A stretch of 64,000 nt of DNA from Auanema rhodensis. Its lineage: Eukaryota > Animalia > Nematoda. Shown here piece after piece: positions 50,301-64,000 of the stretch. Made by a program: the position numbers and the translations under genes. How positions within the stretch are numbered: the first letter of the stretch is position 1; each line of letters starts with the position of its first letter. The notes under the pieces were generated by a model that was not told the DNA's origin, ran no database searches, and was given only the letters and a program-made list of their open reading frames with translations. The stretch covers positions 14,818,001-14,882,000 of the forward strand of contig OZ059896.1 in assembly GCA_964057225.1 (NCBI GenBank), given 5' to 3'.

Positions 50301-53300
50301 TAAAATCACCATCTCACTCATAATGTTTGTTATTCTAATCTCATAAACTCTTCTCAATTTTAAAATTGATAGCCTCCGTTGTTAACTGATCATAAATCAT
50401 ACCTTTGACATGATGATCAGCAAATTTGACAGCTACTGCATATACTCCTGGTTCGCTTGGTTTGTACAAAACTCTGATCAAGCCAGCTTTAACTTCTTTG
50501 CATGTAAGTTCAGCCTTAGATGGTCCTTGGACAGAAACGGATAATCCTCCATAACCTGAAAATGATTGTACGTGACTTCCGGGTGTTTTAATTCTTGCGG
50601 CAAATATCTCAACATTACAACAATCTCAGCCAGAGCAGCAGAAAGGCAGGGCATTCCGCAAAATACAATGAACTATGAAGAACTCACCTGCTTTAGTAGT
50701 ATCAACAAGAATTTCGTTCTCTTGCATACAAATAGCAGCTGATTTTCCTTTTCCACTAACTTCAACTTTGCTAGCATCCCCAACTTGAGACTTGTCAACC
50801 TGAAAAAAAGTGAAAAAAAGTTTCATATTTTGTTTCAGATAAACCTTAATCTTGAATGGTGCCTTGGGTACTAGCTTTCCATCTCGCTTAACTGTGATCA
50901 AGTGTTCTCCTATTTCTCTTGGTGTAAAGGAAACACCTAAAAAGATGAGTACATTAAGAAATTCAATTCCTTCTTCATACCGAGTCTTCCTCCATCAATG
51001 AGGCGCACAAAGCATGGTTCTTCGATTCCAGATGGGGATTTTATAGAGGCAGATATTCCCTTCAGTTCAGTATTTGAGATGTTGAGAGCGACCTCAGAAG
51101 TGGATCCGACAGATAGATGAGCTCGTTTCTACAATGTCACAATAAAATAATAGAGAGAAAGATCAATTTTACTTGTCCCTCGCCGGCAACAAGAACAGAG
51201 AATGGAGAACTCTTGACTTCATATTTTCCGAGCTTCACATGCACCTTGTATTCTCCTGGAACAGGTGGCATCCACGTAACAGAGCATGTTCCATCCTATA
51301 TGAAAAACATTCTTCAATCTGATGTTGTCAATTAAAAACCTTGTTGTCATGAATTTTGATGGTACTCTGAGCAGGACCCTCAATACTAACAGCCAATTCT
51401 TTAGCATTGGATCCTTTGGAGCAAACTGTGAAGTGCGCTGGTTCGCCGACAATAGCATTTCCCAATCCTGGACCGTAAACAGTGGCCAAACCATCTCCAT
51501 AGGAATCTACGAAGAATTTAAAAGGAGATCCCTGTAAATTGTGCGATAAAGTCTGTACGGGGTAAACAGAATTTATACATCAACTGCGGCACCATTTTGA
51601 GAAATAGTAAGTTCATGCTGACCGTGGGTTTTTGGCTGATATTTCACCAAAACGGAACCTAAAATTATATCTTTAAGTTTACATGAAACAGTTGATAGTT
51701 AAGAATGTAATGAACACAAGATTGTGAGATGCTACATGATGAATGGAGTGATAGGCAAAAAACAAAAAACTTATGTCTTGAACACTTGAAAGATATTGAG
51801 GGTATATTGATCAAAGAAATAGAGTTCATAAAAAAGGGAGATCAAAATTAATATTACAAATTTCAATTAGAGTATGCTGCTTGAAACATACCATCATGGT
51901 TGTCTATAACTTGAGCACTATCTCGCTGCTTCGTTGGCATAGTTACAAATGCTGTATATGTACCTGCACTACTTGTCGGTGCAATTTCAAACTGAATATT
52001 GAATCATAAAAAACATTCTGATAATCAAAACAACCTTAAATTCACGTGGAGGTAGTTGTTGGAGATTTCCGTCAACTTCGTACTTATGTTCAAAACGGTC
52101 AACGTCTTCCTTACTTTTTAGTTGGGAAGGAAAAACAGCCTGTGATATAAAAAAAATTAATTTTCGATTAGGTTTCAATATAGGATTAGCCTAAGTCAGT
52201 GAAATTAAACAAGATATGTTTTAAAAGAAAGAAACGGCTTGATAGACACCTGATGAGAACGTGACCAGGCGAAACAACAATTTGAGACTAATGAGAGAAG
52301 CAATCTGGACGGCAACCCGCCTCTTTCCTCAAGCCACAACTGTTATTGATAAGATACACAAAATTTTGAGTCAGACATCAGTTAGAGGAAAGTCATTCAA
52401 TCTATAACCTTTCATCTCTATAAAACAAAAAGAACTGTGCTAGAGAAAAACATAAAATCAGAAATTTGGGTTCTAAACGCAACTTTCAGAACGAGTAGAG
52501 AGAACTAATGAAACGTTGTCGACATTATTCGCTTTCAGAAACGCATTATGCGTTAGAAATTGGTATGGAGAAAATCAATAATGCGCAGCAACCCGAATGT
52601 TATCGCTCGCAGTGAGCCAGTAGAGAAGAAGCATAAGCTATAACACGCAGCGAGCTATATGCCTACCCGACATCTGTGTTACAAGCTGATGAAACGCTGA
52701 ATATAGGCCTCTTACTTGTCTAGAGATGCCCACAAAAGAATGCATACAGGCGGAAATTGGCGCATAATTACGCACTACATTCGGCAGTAGTTACCAGGCC
52801 ACATATGCCCGACCTCATCTATTTACATCATACAAACCAGTTCATGAATTGCTTTCTTTTTTGATGCAACAAACTCTCGCATTGTCCGTCTACTCTACCT
52901 ATGCGAGAACGACAAATACGAAAGATGAAAACCCACATTGTAATCAATTTGATGAATTTTGATTCCACCATAGAAAAAGGCGAGAGAGTTAACGCCTGGT
53001 GCAAGAGGAGTTAGATGTATCTCTTTTAGCACTTTGCCAGATGGCATCTTTTTCGTATCGATCTCTGTATATATTAAACATCTAGGTGAAATTAATTAAG
53101 AGCCTACGTATATCAACAGCATCTGTTACAGTCGGAATAATGGCTAGTTCACACTCAGGATATTCTTTAAGTTCAAAAGATAAAGTGGAGCTTGTGTTGA
53201 TTGGCAGCAAAGACTCATGCAATGCTAAAGGTTCTGAAATGATTTAGCATCAAATCGTGATGAAATCAAAAAACTAACTTATGATCGTTGCATCTTCTGG

Positions 53301-56300
53301 AACTGCCACAGGAACAATATCTACAAACTGAGGAGGTGCTGCAAATCCATTAATAGTAGCTACAATCTTGTACTTTCCCGCCATATCTACTGGGAACGAT
53401 AGCATAAATACTCCTACTGTTTCAGTAGGGTCTACAGTGTTCACACGAGAACACCCATCTGGTCCCTGTAAAGATAGTACAAAACAAAGTGCTTGTGAAG
53501 CTTCATACTATTATATCCGTTTTAACACTACCAGCAAAGCCACATTCCGTGGTGTCAATTAATACTTTGGCCTCTCTTTTAGCTTCAATATTTTTCAAAA
53601 CCCCTGTTTAATAAAATAAATCAGTTGATGAAAATTTCAAAACACTTGCCATAAGAAGAATTCTTCAAGGTAATAAACTTGGGTTCCGTCTCGGGTTGTA
53701 GTCGGAGCAAGAAAGGACTGCAATCATTTTTCAAAGTTTCTTACAAACCATGGCAAGTCTGTTTTTTACCTTCCACCTACTGGTGTTCCATTGTACAACA
53801 CGTCAATAGGAACACTATCATTAGTATTGCCAACAGGGGTGAATCGAACATTATGAATTCTACTACTTTCATTAAAGTCTATTATTGGCTGTTCAAAAGC
53901 TGAAAAAAACGGTACGAAAAATAAGCATAAAGACTAGAAACTTGGTGGCACACGACATGAGATTTTTCCCATTTTCGTTTTTGATGCATCAACTGTAAAA
54001 TCAAATAGCTGACGATTACGAATAGGCTTGTCCATTCCAATCACTTTCACCATAGAAGGTAAGAATGGATAATCAACATGGCATAAGAATGGTGAACCGG
54101 GGATCTTCTCTTTTTTATCTCCATACATAACGTCAATCAAATAGTCCCCAGGTTCCATTGGTGTGAATTCAACTGTACAAGTGCCATCCTCGTGATCAAC
54201 AATTCGAGAATGAGTATCAGAACAACCATTAATATCTATAGATAAAGTTCCTTCTCCAGCGCCCTACATACTAATATGTACACTTGTATTATTAGCTGAG
54301 TTCAAACCTGTGCATTAATGGAAAATGTTGTTGGTTCTTTGACGATACCTTCAGACAGTCCAAAACCGGTTGCAACACATTTTGAAGCATCACAACCTTT
54401 ATGAACTTCTACAGAACTTTCTTTGACGAGGAAGTTATCAAAAAGTACCTGCAGACGGAAACATTTTTCGATCAATTTATCAAACTTTCTGTTTTTCTCT
54501 AATTGAAACAACATTACCTTGAACTTTATATTGCCAGCTTCACTTGCAACAAAAGTTCCTTCGTATTTGTTTTTGTTCGGAATCATAGAAATCAAATACT
54601 CTTTGTCTTTGATTTCTGCAATAACCTCTAAGCCTTGATTTTTTTTTTGTTGAAGTCCGGGATCAACTCTAATCTTCCATTTATGGCCAATCAAAACATT
54701 TCCTGTAAACCAACTAGTAAAAATGAAAATTTTATTAGAACATGATGTGTGTTTATTTACGATTGCTTGCTTTTGAATAATACAATATGAGATCAATTCC
54801 ATAAAAATACATCGCTGGCAGAACTAGACCACTGGTGTAGTACGCTGCGAAGAAGAACCACTGAACGAGCTTTCGGTAGCTTCTCTTTCAGCTTGCAAAA
54901 GTGAAGGGCTGGATATGAGAGGAGGTACAGCAACAATCTGAAACGGGCTACCGGGGATATGCTCATCATCAAACATTACTCGAAGAAAGTATAATCCTGG
55001 AACTTTGGGCACATAATGCATAGTTAACGTTCCGTCTTGGTTATCAACACAGTGTACAGGTGTTCTAGTTGGTCCATCGACAAAAAGATCAATATCACCA
55101 AACCCCGCTGAACTAGTATCTATTATTACTGATGTTGAATATTGAGCAACTACAGGGCCCAACCCAGGACCAGATACAACAACTAAATCAGGACGGGCAG
55201 GACCAGTTCGAGAGACAACGTATTCAGCTTCGGCATGGTAAGGTTTAGGTTCGATAGATGAAGAACTAGGGCCAGGGGCAACAGAATGCATGTAAACTGG
55301 ACATATTCCAGGAACGGGAAGGTTCTGATAAGTAACATCTATTTTGTAATCTCCAATTTCAGCTGGGGTAAAGCGAACGCGTAATCCATTAGGCGTGGAT
55401 TCTATCAGAGCTTCGACAACTTCACCCGAAGGGCTAGTAATAATGATTCGCGTGTTATCGCCATCAGCAGTGAATACATGAAACTCCTTTTCGCAATTTA
55501 CAGTAACAATAGCTGAAACGAAACGAGGTCATTATCGTAACTCGTGTTCGTTAGTATCCACCGCAATAGAGATTATAAAGTCATAAGAGCAAGCGTATTT
55601 AAAACGGTAAACGTTATCTGCATTCTTATAAACATTTTCAATTATTGTTAATACTGAATTCAAACGGCATAAAGTTAGGAATCACAGCAAATCGTAAATA
55701 AACAAACAAATCATACAAAAAAACACTTACCGTTTTCGAGCCCATCAACATGAATGCCGGTGATATCCACATGAGGCTTGACATTAATTTGTATGGGAGG
55801 AATTTTTTCACCAGCAAATACAACATTGAGCTATAAAATTTCATCATAATAAAATTGAGGATATTCATCCAACCTGATATGCTCCAGGTCTTGGTGCGGT
55901 GTATTTAACAGTAAAAGATCCATCGTCATTATCAAGAACATCAATATCTACAGCACGTCTATTGCTGTCATCTAAAGATACTTCTACGACGCCAGAACCA
56001 GCTTGTTTGGCATCAATAGTGAAGTGAGTAGGGTGTTGGCTGAGCACGGGACCATCAATTCCTGGTCCATACATACGTAATTTCGAGATATCAACTGGCT
56101 CTTTTGCAGTGATCTACAACCAAAAATAAGATGCAGATTAACAGTTATGTCTACCGAAAATGGAGCACCAGGAACAGCTACTCCACGAAGAGTGGCATCA
56201 ACATGATAAACTCCAGGCTTCTTTGGAATAAATTCACCCTCATAAACGCCTGGGGTTTTTTCAGCAATTTTGATAGGAACTGGACGAAGATCATCATCAA

Positions 56301-59153
56301 CCACAACAATTTGGAGAGGCTCAGGAGCTAAAATTTAATGTGTAATACGCTTTTCACCACAAAAACAAACCCCCAGATCTTTTGGAGTCCACTTGAAACA
56401 TAACAGGCTCATGAGTTCTGTGCGTTGCATTAGGATCAAGTCCATTAATTCGTACAGCCCCAGGTTGAAAAGAACTATCATACGGATCAACATAAAGAAC
56501 AAACGGAGAATCAATAATATGTTCTCCGCCAACCAGAACATTAACCGAATAGACCCCGGGTTCTGTTGGCTAAATAAAACAAAGTTGCTATTTTCAAAAG
56601 TGAAATGGTTAGGTACTAACCGTATAGGCAACGGAAGCAACACCTTCGCCTTTATCTTGGCATTGAATGAGAGTTTTGCTGGGGCCTTCGATCGAGAAAG
56701 CTTAACGTATATAATTTCACAATAATCAAATGAAATAAGAACTATACCTAATTTTTCCGTCGCCCCATTTGTAAGGACTTCAAAAACGCTTTGCATGTTA
56801 GCTATTCCACCTCGCAGTCCTGGACCAAATGCTCTAATATTCGATGCTACGGGACCAGCAACGTCAACCTAAAATTAAGAGTTAAAGAAATAATTACTTC
56901 TTACATTTTACTGGGTAAGGTGATTTTCCTAGAAGATTATCTTTAGTCTTAATTTCAACAGTATGCTTTCCTACAGTTGAAGGAACATAGGTGAACATTT
57001 TAACAGGAGAATTCTGTAGCTTCAAGACTTGAACCGAACTACCAGCTGAAAGAAATTACAACTTAAAAACAAAAACAAAAAAATTACCTGGATCTAAAAC
57101 TCTGACTTGAATGTCATCCTCAAATTCAGCTTCAGGAGAAATTGGAGTTAGAAAAACAGGCACTACATCGTTAACTCGCACACCATCATCTTTCAAACCT
57201 CGTCCCCAAATGGTGAAATCAGCTAAAATAGAAATATATCAAGCACTTAACTAAAAAAATATACTTACGAATTTTTTCTATTCCATGAAGGGCGAAAGGA
57301 CTTCCTTCAATATGACTTCTACGATAAAAGACATTAACGGAATGAAGCCCTTTCATTGTGGGGCTGTATTCAGCAGTATGGGATCCCATCTGTCCTTCTA
57401 AAAAAATAATAATTAATAAGCCGTTATTTAATTCTTACCAAGAACTGACAAACGATGTTCGGCACCTTTAGGATCTGCTAAAACAATTTCTACACGACCC
57501 ATAAAAGCATCATTAACTTGGAATTTAGCCACATCTCCTAATTTAACACGGTCGATAAATGGTAACAACCGTGGAGATGGCAAAACCTTTGAGAACAAAT
57601 ATAAATTGCAGTTCGATAATCTAGCTTACATTGATAGTAACAACAGAGTCTTCAATAGGCAAGCATTCAGCTGTAGCTACATCTACCAGAAACAATTGAA
57701 ACTATAATACCGAGATAAGAGAAATATCATTTTCCAAATATACTTTGTGATCACCAGCTTTGGTAGGAGTGCATTTCATGTTATAAAGCTGGGGAGTTTT
57801 TTTATTTATTGTGTGATGAAGATCAACACCATTAGGATCTTGACTGGTGACCTGGTACAAAAACAATAATGAATTGATAGGATTAAGGCAAACCTTGGGT
57901 CTATATCCATCCTCTGAAATTTTGATTTCAAATTCCAATGGTGTATGCACGGTAGGATAATTCTCGAGACCAACAAATTCCCCATTTACTTTCTTCTCTA
58001 TCACTGTAGGGGGTAGTGGCTTGGCAGGTGAAGTGACAAGCCTAGAAAACAAAATGCACAAAAACTACTTGTCTTCACTAACTTGGCTGTGGGAAATTGA
58101 GACAAATATGTCATTACTGACATTTCATCAATTTCTGGATGAATGAGCTCCGCTGATGTGATCAGCTTAAGTAAGTAATAATAATACAATCTTCTATAAT
58201 TTGTTATCTTACTGGCTCAATAGAAAGTTTTTCTTGGGCATTCTTCATTGCTGCTTCGGTATTCTGCAATGCGTTCGCTGGATGCCAGCTTTCCCAGTCC
58301 GGACAAGCAGATGGAGCTAATGCATTCACCTTATAATCAATAGAATAGCTTTGTAATCAATAAAAAATAATACCAATGCTCCAAGAGCTACACCATCATT
58401 CCAATCGGAGGTGAAGTTGGTGAGAGGCATGCCTCCAGGAAGTTTGGAACGTATCCACGCGAGAAGTTTCTGTTTAGGTGTTTCGTCAGGGTGTCCTTCC
58501 CTTTTCTCCTAAAACGTTGAAACTCTGTGAAGAACACATAAACGCTATATACAGATTTTAAACCCATCGAAATCGAATAGTGAAGAATGAGCATCCATAT
58601 TAAACCTAGGATCAATTTCTTGTTGTTGTCAACAATATGGGAACTGTCTTAAACAATACGCAGTTAAATAATCTAAAAAATTTTACTTACCTATGTTAAC
58701 TATTTTTATGTTTTCTACTTCCTGGAAGAAAGTCAAAGCTAGTGAAACGTTCTCCAGTTTTTGTGATCGGAATCCCACCTATAGAAAAAAGATTAAAAGC
58801 AACAGTATAAAAACAAAAACTTTTCGATTGAATTTCCCAAGGTTTTTTTGTGATAGAACAGTAGCCAATTCAATAAGCTTCAAGCCGTCAGAAAAATCAT
58901 TTTCCTATAGTTTCCAAATAATTGTTTGAAAAATTACTCAAGCTGACCAAGTTCGATATGGACGAGTTTGCTTTTTTTAGATGGTTGTTCACCCATCTGG
59001 TAAATGTGTTCTGTTGAATCATTTTCCATTCAGCATCTTCATGTCTAATGGCAGGAATAATCTGAAAACGATTTGTATAGTCATGACAAAAACATCAAAT
59101 TATACCTCTGCCTCTTGTTCTAGCTCTCTTGATTTTGCTGAGCTGTCTGCCAT
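47391..59153 (-). CDS. fln-1: Filamin (two CH domains plus Ig-like filamin repeats)
   Basis: [70 protein letters not shown], many GPG/IPGSPF repeats; ends PFAIAP*. Confidence 0.96.
54824..55512 (-). CDS. fln-1: Alternative terminal exon of filamin (short N-terminal isoform)
   Basis: 689-nt intronless exon with two Ig repeats ending in a stop (QRTTPVV*). Its phase-1 acceptor competes with the phase-1 acceptor at 54702 for the donor at ~55730. Confidence 0.75.
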
Positions 59154-62100
59154 AGTGGTCAGAGCCAAATAACGGCCGTAATGATGTGACGATTACAGTT
59201 TTGAAAACAGGAAAACTAAACAGTATATAGTATATGAAGAAAATTAGGAGAAAACACGACAATTGAATTTAAAAACACGAGGAGAACAAAGCAATACGAG
59301 AACTAACACAACGAGACCTTAGAAATGAAAAAGAAGCTCGTCACATACAACCCCAGCTGATGCGCGGTTAAGCGCAAGAACAAATAAAGGTCAAAGGTAG
59401 GATATGTTGAGCATAGAATTGGGGTTTAAAACTAAAATTATGAGGAGTAATTGTATAGTTGTTGTATCAGAATGGAATTAACGTTACAAAATTGCAAGAA
59501 TGATGTAGACATATCTAGAAAAAAGGAACAACCGACGAACATGGAGGCTATTGGACGGGTGGGGTCTCATGGTCTTCGAATTTTCTGTCGTTCTGTCCGA
59601 TCCAATTCGCTCGTGGTTGCATAAACAAACCGGACTAGCAAGTGGGGTAGCGTGGCGTAGGTCAGAGCGCTAGCCTTTAGCACGTCTGATTCTTTCTGAC
59701 CAGACGACGACCATCACAACCTTTCTTTAGCTAAGATTCTCTCTCCAGCATCATGAATCGTAGGAAAACGCCCTTGCGTTGTTTCTCATTTTCTTATATA
59801 CATGTAGTAAAACGCGCATTTGTTTGCTGCAACATGGAATCGCGATGAAAAGTTGATTTGAGGTGGTCCGTACACAGCCGATCATCAAAATTATTGGACG
59901 ATAAATTAAAATCGATTATGCTTATACTAAAAAAAACAACAATCTCGAATTCGGGCGGGATTTTTGAAATTTAATTTGAATGAATAATATTAACAATGTA
60001 AGTTTTACTAATTCTATTATTGAACGGGTTCAAAACTTGTTTTGAAATGAAAGGTTGTGCTATAGTACTGCTGTTAGCGTCAGCATAGCTTCGGTTTCAT
60101 ACGTTTGCTCAAGTAATATTTTGAATAAATATTAATAGTTTAGTTTTGGTTTTTTTTGTTCATATTCACACATCAAATCACGAATTTATATCCAGAATAA
60201 TGTGAAATAATATTAGAAAAAAAACATAAAAATAGGGAAATGAGTGAGAAAAGAGAAGAATAATGATTGAAAGGCAGTGAAAAAATAAGAAAAAAATGAT
60301 AAGGCTGAAAAAGAAAAAAGTTATAAGTAGTAGAGTGAGCAGATATGGCATGTATTTTTCATTCAAGAAATTGAATGATTGATTATGCCACAAAAAAAGA
60401 AAAGTTCAAGTTCGAGGTTCATGAATTAAAAAAAGGGAATGAATAAAACAACAACTAAAGGCCATGCGCGATTGGTTTTCTTTGGTATCTACTTGTATTA
60501 ATTGTGGAGGACAAAATTGATGTGTGCTATAGAATAAAGAAAAAAGAGATGAGACGAATAGTAGAAGGTGAAAGGTAATTGATATTAGGAGATAATATCT
60601 TTTGTCTGATGTATCTATTAAAGGTTTGAGCACTGAATGAGAGACATACAAGGACAAGAAAAAACAGTTACATAATATATGTGAATAAGATTTGTTATTG
60701 TATTGCAAAATTGCATTTTGTAAATAATAATGATATGTTATGATTTATATGAAAACGTAAAATGTTCAAGTTGTTGGCTATCGTATTGACTAGTGGATGT
60801 TGATCTATAGTATGAAAAGAGACGTGGTATTTCCATTATTCAAATGAGTGAGAAGAGAATATCTCCGAATAGTCATCATAGATTAAAATTATGAGCTCAT
60901 CATGTGGATGGTTCTGTTTTAAAGAAAGACAAGTGAAGCCAGAGATAAAGTCTTGAAGACAGCTGACGTTCTTTCCACGAGAGTTCATTGATTTAGTTTG
61001 CCCGACTAGACTCACAAGAGAGGAACAGAAGGTAGATAATAGAAAGAAACGACAATCAGAGTTGAAAAGAAGCAAGAAATACTGCTCTATTTTTAAGAGA
61101 GAATAAGAAAACTTAGAAGAAGCTAAATGATCCTCAGTTTGAGATGAGACTTTAGAAAGAGAAAAGCTCTCACACATCAGGTGACAACCATTATACCTCT
61201 TGCTCTTCATACTACTTTCTCATACTATCTCTTAGTCATATATCGCGATCGGAAGCGATTTCTCAGGCATTTGATGGTTAATATCCTTTTCAGGTAATCT
61301 GAGAGCTAACGATTGAAGACTGAATTTATAGACAAAAGTTTTAATAGTTGCTGAGATCAATAAACAAAAATTTTAAGAATAAGTATCTAACCTGAAAAGG
61401 CAGAAGAAAATAATAAAAATAGACAGTTAAATGTCGTTCAGTGACGTCCGATTCTCTCTATTTTTTGTGCTACTTGGACAATAGAAGAAGTAAAACAAAG
61501 GGTAGTTGAATTAGAAATAATGAGTGGTGCAATTGACGATGAAACACAAGAAACTAGAGTTTTCCAAATTTAGCTATTCCTTACTAAAAAAAAAAGAAAT
61601 TAGTAGGAAAAACGTAATGTAGTTTTCAGTGTTAACGATAGTACTGCTTTGAAGCATTCTATGTGTGTAGATGATGTGAGGGGAAGAGGAGAGCTGGTCG
61701 AGTGATGATTCAGAAACACAAGTTCCAAGTCCAATATTAGTCATAAAAACCTATTGATAATTTTTGGAAGAAAAATTGTTGTGTATTCATTGGAAAAAGC
61801 GGAAACAATGTGATTATACCAGCAATATAATATATAAACATAGATATATAAGGTATAATAGAAATTTTGAAAGAGCTGATCGGAGGTTGAATCAGAAGAT
61901 GAATATATATTGTAAAAGCGATTGGGATGAATTACAAAATATTCCATACATTTTTTCACCGCACGAGACAATGAAAAGAAATAACAGAAACAGTGCAATT
62001 CGAAATTCTTTCTGAAACTGTGCACATCCGGGTTATTTTTCTTGTGTGGGATGGAAGGATTAAAATAAAACTGTTGATATCAACGAAATTAACGATGGGA

Positions 62101-63711
62101 CCATGTATAAAATTAAATTTTAATTAGATTACAATACAATACAAAGTAAAGTTTTTTTATCAAATAAAAAGATATATATTTTTCATATGTATAATACAGA
62201 TGACTGTATATGTTGATGAGCATTTGCTATAGTCGTCATGTATGTAATATAAATCATTCAAATTATGAATTTGTCTTAGAAAAATCAATTGAAAAAATCT
62301 TCCGATAATACTATAAGCAGAATAATAAAATCGATATTAATTCCAAATATCAGTAAATGATAAATACGTTTGCTTTTAGAAGATAATGTATTTCATGCAT
62401 CATTAGATATGCATATAGAAGTCTGAAATATTATATATTAGCTAATGAGTAAGGATGATAAGCTGTTTTTTCTGCAACATTGACACGATTATTAGTATAT
62501 AGCGAGAAATATGTGTAAATAGGGAAATTTGTTAAATAAACTATTTTGCAAGATACTAAATTATCAATAAAGATAGATAAGCGATTGAAATACTTTGTTC
62601 TGTATACTATGTCTAATTCATGAAATGACTGAACGAACTTTATTGCTAATACTTTGTTGTATACATAGAGTTATACTATTTAAATGAACACAAGTTCACG
62701 TTTCGTTAACGTTTATGATCCTCCGCTATGGCTCATTTTCGATCTTTCATGCGCACTAAGCGGTTGAACTTTTATATCACATATGAAAAAGAGAGAATAG
62801 GCTTGACAAAATTCGACGAAAATGCAGTGTAAACTTGAACATTTGAAAGAGGCGATGTGTCTAGTAGGAGAAAATTGTAAAATTTTCAATGATATACTGA
62901 TGACGATGATATGTAGATGGTGTTGAGATAAGATATTTTCTAAACATTTTCGGGCTAGCATGTAAACATCAAAGTCATAATCGATGAAGCACGAACGCAC
63001 AGAAAGTACAACATTGATTTTCTTTTCTATTTTTACAATCTATGTATATCGGTTTCATAAACTCTTAAACAGTTGTACTATTTGAATCCGGATCATTTTC
63101 CATTTTGTTCATGCATAATATTTATATATCTAACTTTTACTTATATGCCAAAGTAATATATTATATTGATATTTCTTCTGAGTTATTAATATTAAAGAAT
63201 TTTTTCATCCCCAATTTTAAATATATTTACACGACTTTTTTTCGAATTATTATTTTTAAAAAAAGGGTTTTGCGTCGTTATAACATATTATTAACATACC
63301 GTATATGAGCATGTTTTGTTGAATCTAGGATCGTGTACGGCGATTTTTCTCTCCAAATAACAATATGGCAGAATAATTTGGATTTAGAAACAAAAAAATC
63401 TTCTGACTCATACAAAGTGTGTTGAATTAGTAAATGAGAAAAATGAACAAACAATTTGACCATTATGATTTTGTCAACAACAATCTCAGAATTTAATTCG
63501 TCTAAGTCATATTAATACTATCGGAATTACAATATTGACAGACATTGCAAGTTTAGGGAAGTCAAGACATTTAAGTATATTGATTACTTGGTCATTCTCA
63601 TATGATAAACGTGTATTTATGAAAAATTGAATGTACTATTAGATATGTTTATTCAATTAAACAAAAAATATATATTTCACTCATACTAACTGATTAGTTC
63701 TCGATAAAGCT

Positions 63712-63953
63712 TCACACTGATTCATAGGAATAATCAAAAAGTTCTTCAATTTGGAATACCATAAGCTGAAAAGAAAATATGATGATCAAGACGAATATAA
63801 GTTTTCCTACTAGAGTCGATATCAGATACCCAGACGTTGCAATGCGAATCTGGAGCATACGTACTATTGAAGGGGCAGTTGAAAGCACTGCGGAAAGCAG
63901 GGAAGTTCTATAGAATTGGAATGTTGATGAAGTATTAAGTATGTTCATGATAC
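63712..63953 (-). CDS. Partial exon of a membrane-protein gene entering from the right edge
   Basis: TATTCAG acceptor near 63954 followed by an open hydrophobic frame [45 protein letters not shown]. Further exon-like stretches near 63300-63460, 62720-62870 and 61230-61320. Confidence 0.3.
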
Positions 63954-64000
63954 CTGAATAGTTCCGAAAACACGATACTTAGATGGAGAATGGACATCAA

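Noticed and set aside
59646-59700. GGTAGCGTGGCGTAGGTCAGAGCGCTAG resembles the 5' half of a tRNA-Leu
   Set aside because: No T-loop/B box, anticodon stem or acceptor partner; lies in the GC-rich fln-1 upstream region and is probably coincidental.
60178-61210. Phe/Leu/Ser-rich ORFs of 71-124 aa
   Set aside because: Composition reflects T-rich non-coding or UTR sequence; no motifs or splice-consistent structure.
1-64000. Selenoprotein/SECIS, CRISPR array, transposase or bacterial HGT segment
   Set aside because: No in-frame TGA is needed in any gene model, and by eye there is no repeat-spacer array, transposase/RT motif or long intronless prokaryote-like ORF.

Overview
This is AT-rich eukaryotic genomic DNA from a rhabditid-type nematode (cuticle collagen, TTTCAG-type acceptors, operon-like spacing). 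It is gene dense and very intron dense, with most introns about 40-55 nt, so the ORF track shows only exon fragments. Gene models below were spliced by eye, and internal exon borders are approximate. Left to right: SLC22/MFS transporter (-), AGGF1-like FHA/G-patch protein (-), aminoacylase-1 (+), PRA1-family praf-3 (-), nap-1 (+), divergent Lines/LINS1-like gene (+), small secreted neuropeptide-like precursor (-), cuticle collagen (-), GHITM/TMBIM5 (-), BolA (-), rpl-15 (-), a DEG/ENaC channel (-) with an antisense gene nested in its last intron, MCM-BP (-), dynactin p150 dnc-1 (+), a ~8 kb gene-poor stretch, one or two small membrane-protein genes (-), filamin fln-1 (-) and a poorly resolved right end. 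The best hidden elements are: (i) a selenocysteine tRNA with its own PSE/TATA promoter inside the last GHITM intron; (ii) two paralogous box H/ACA snoRNAs in two 168-nt nap-1 introns, predicted to guide an 18S rRNA pseudouridine; (iii) the nested antisense gene; (iv) a CRE-flanked orphan peptide precursor; and (v) unusually degenerate splice signals, including non-consensus GC donors. I found no CRISPR array, intact transposon or prokaryotic insert, and no clearly new multi-gene system.
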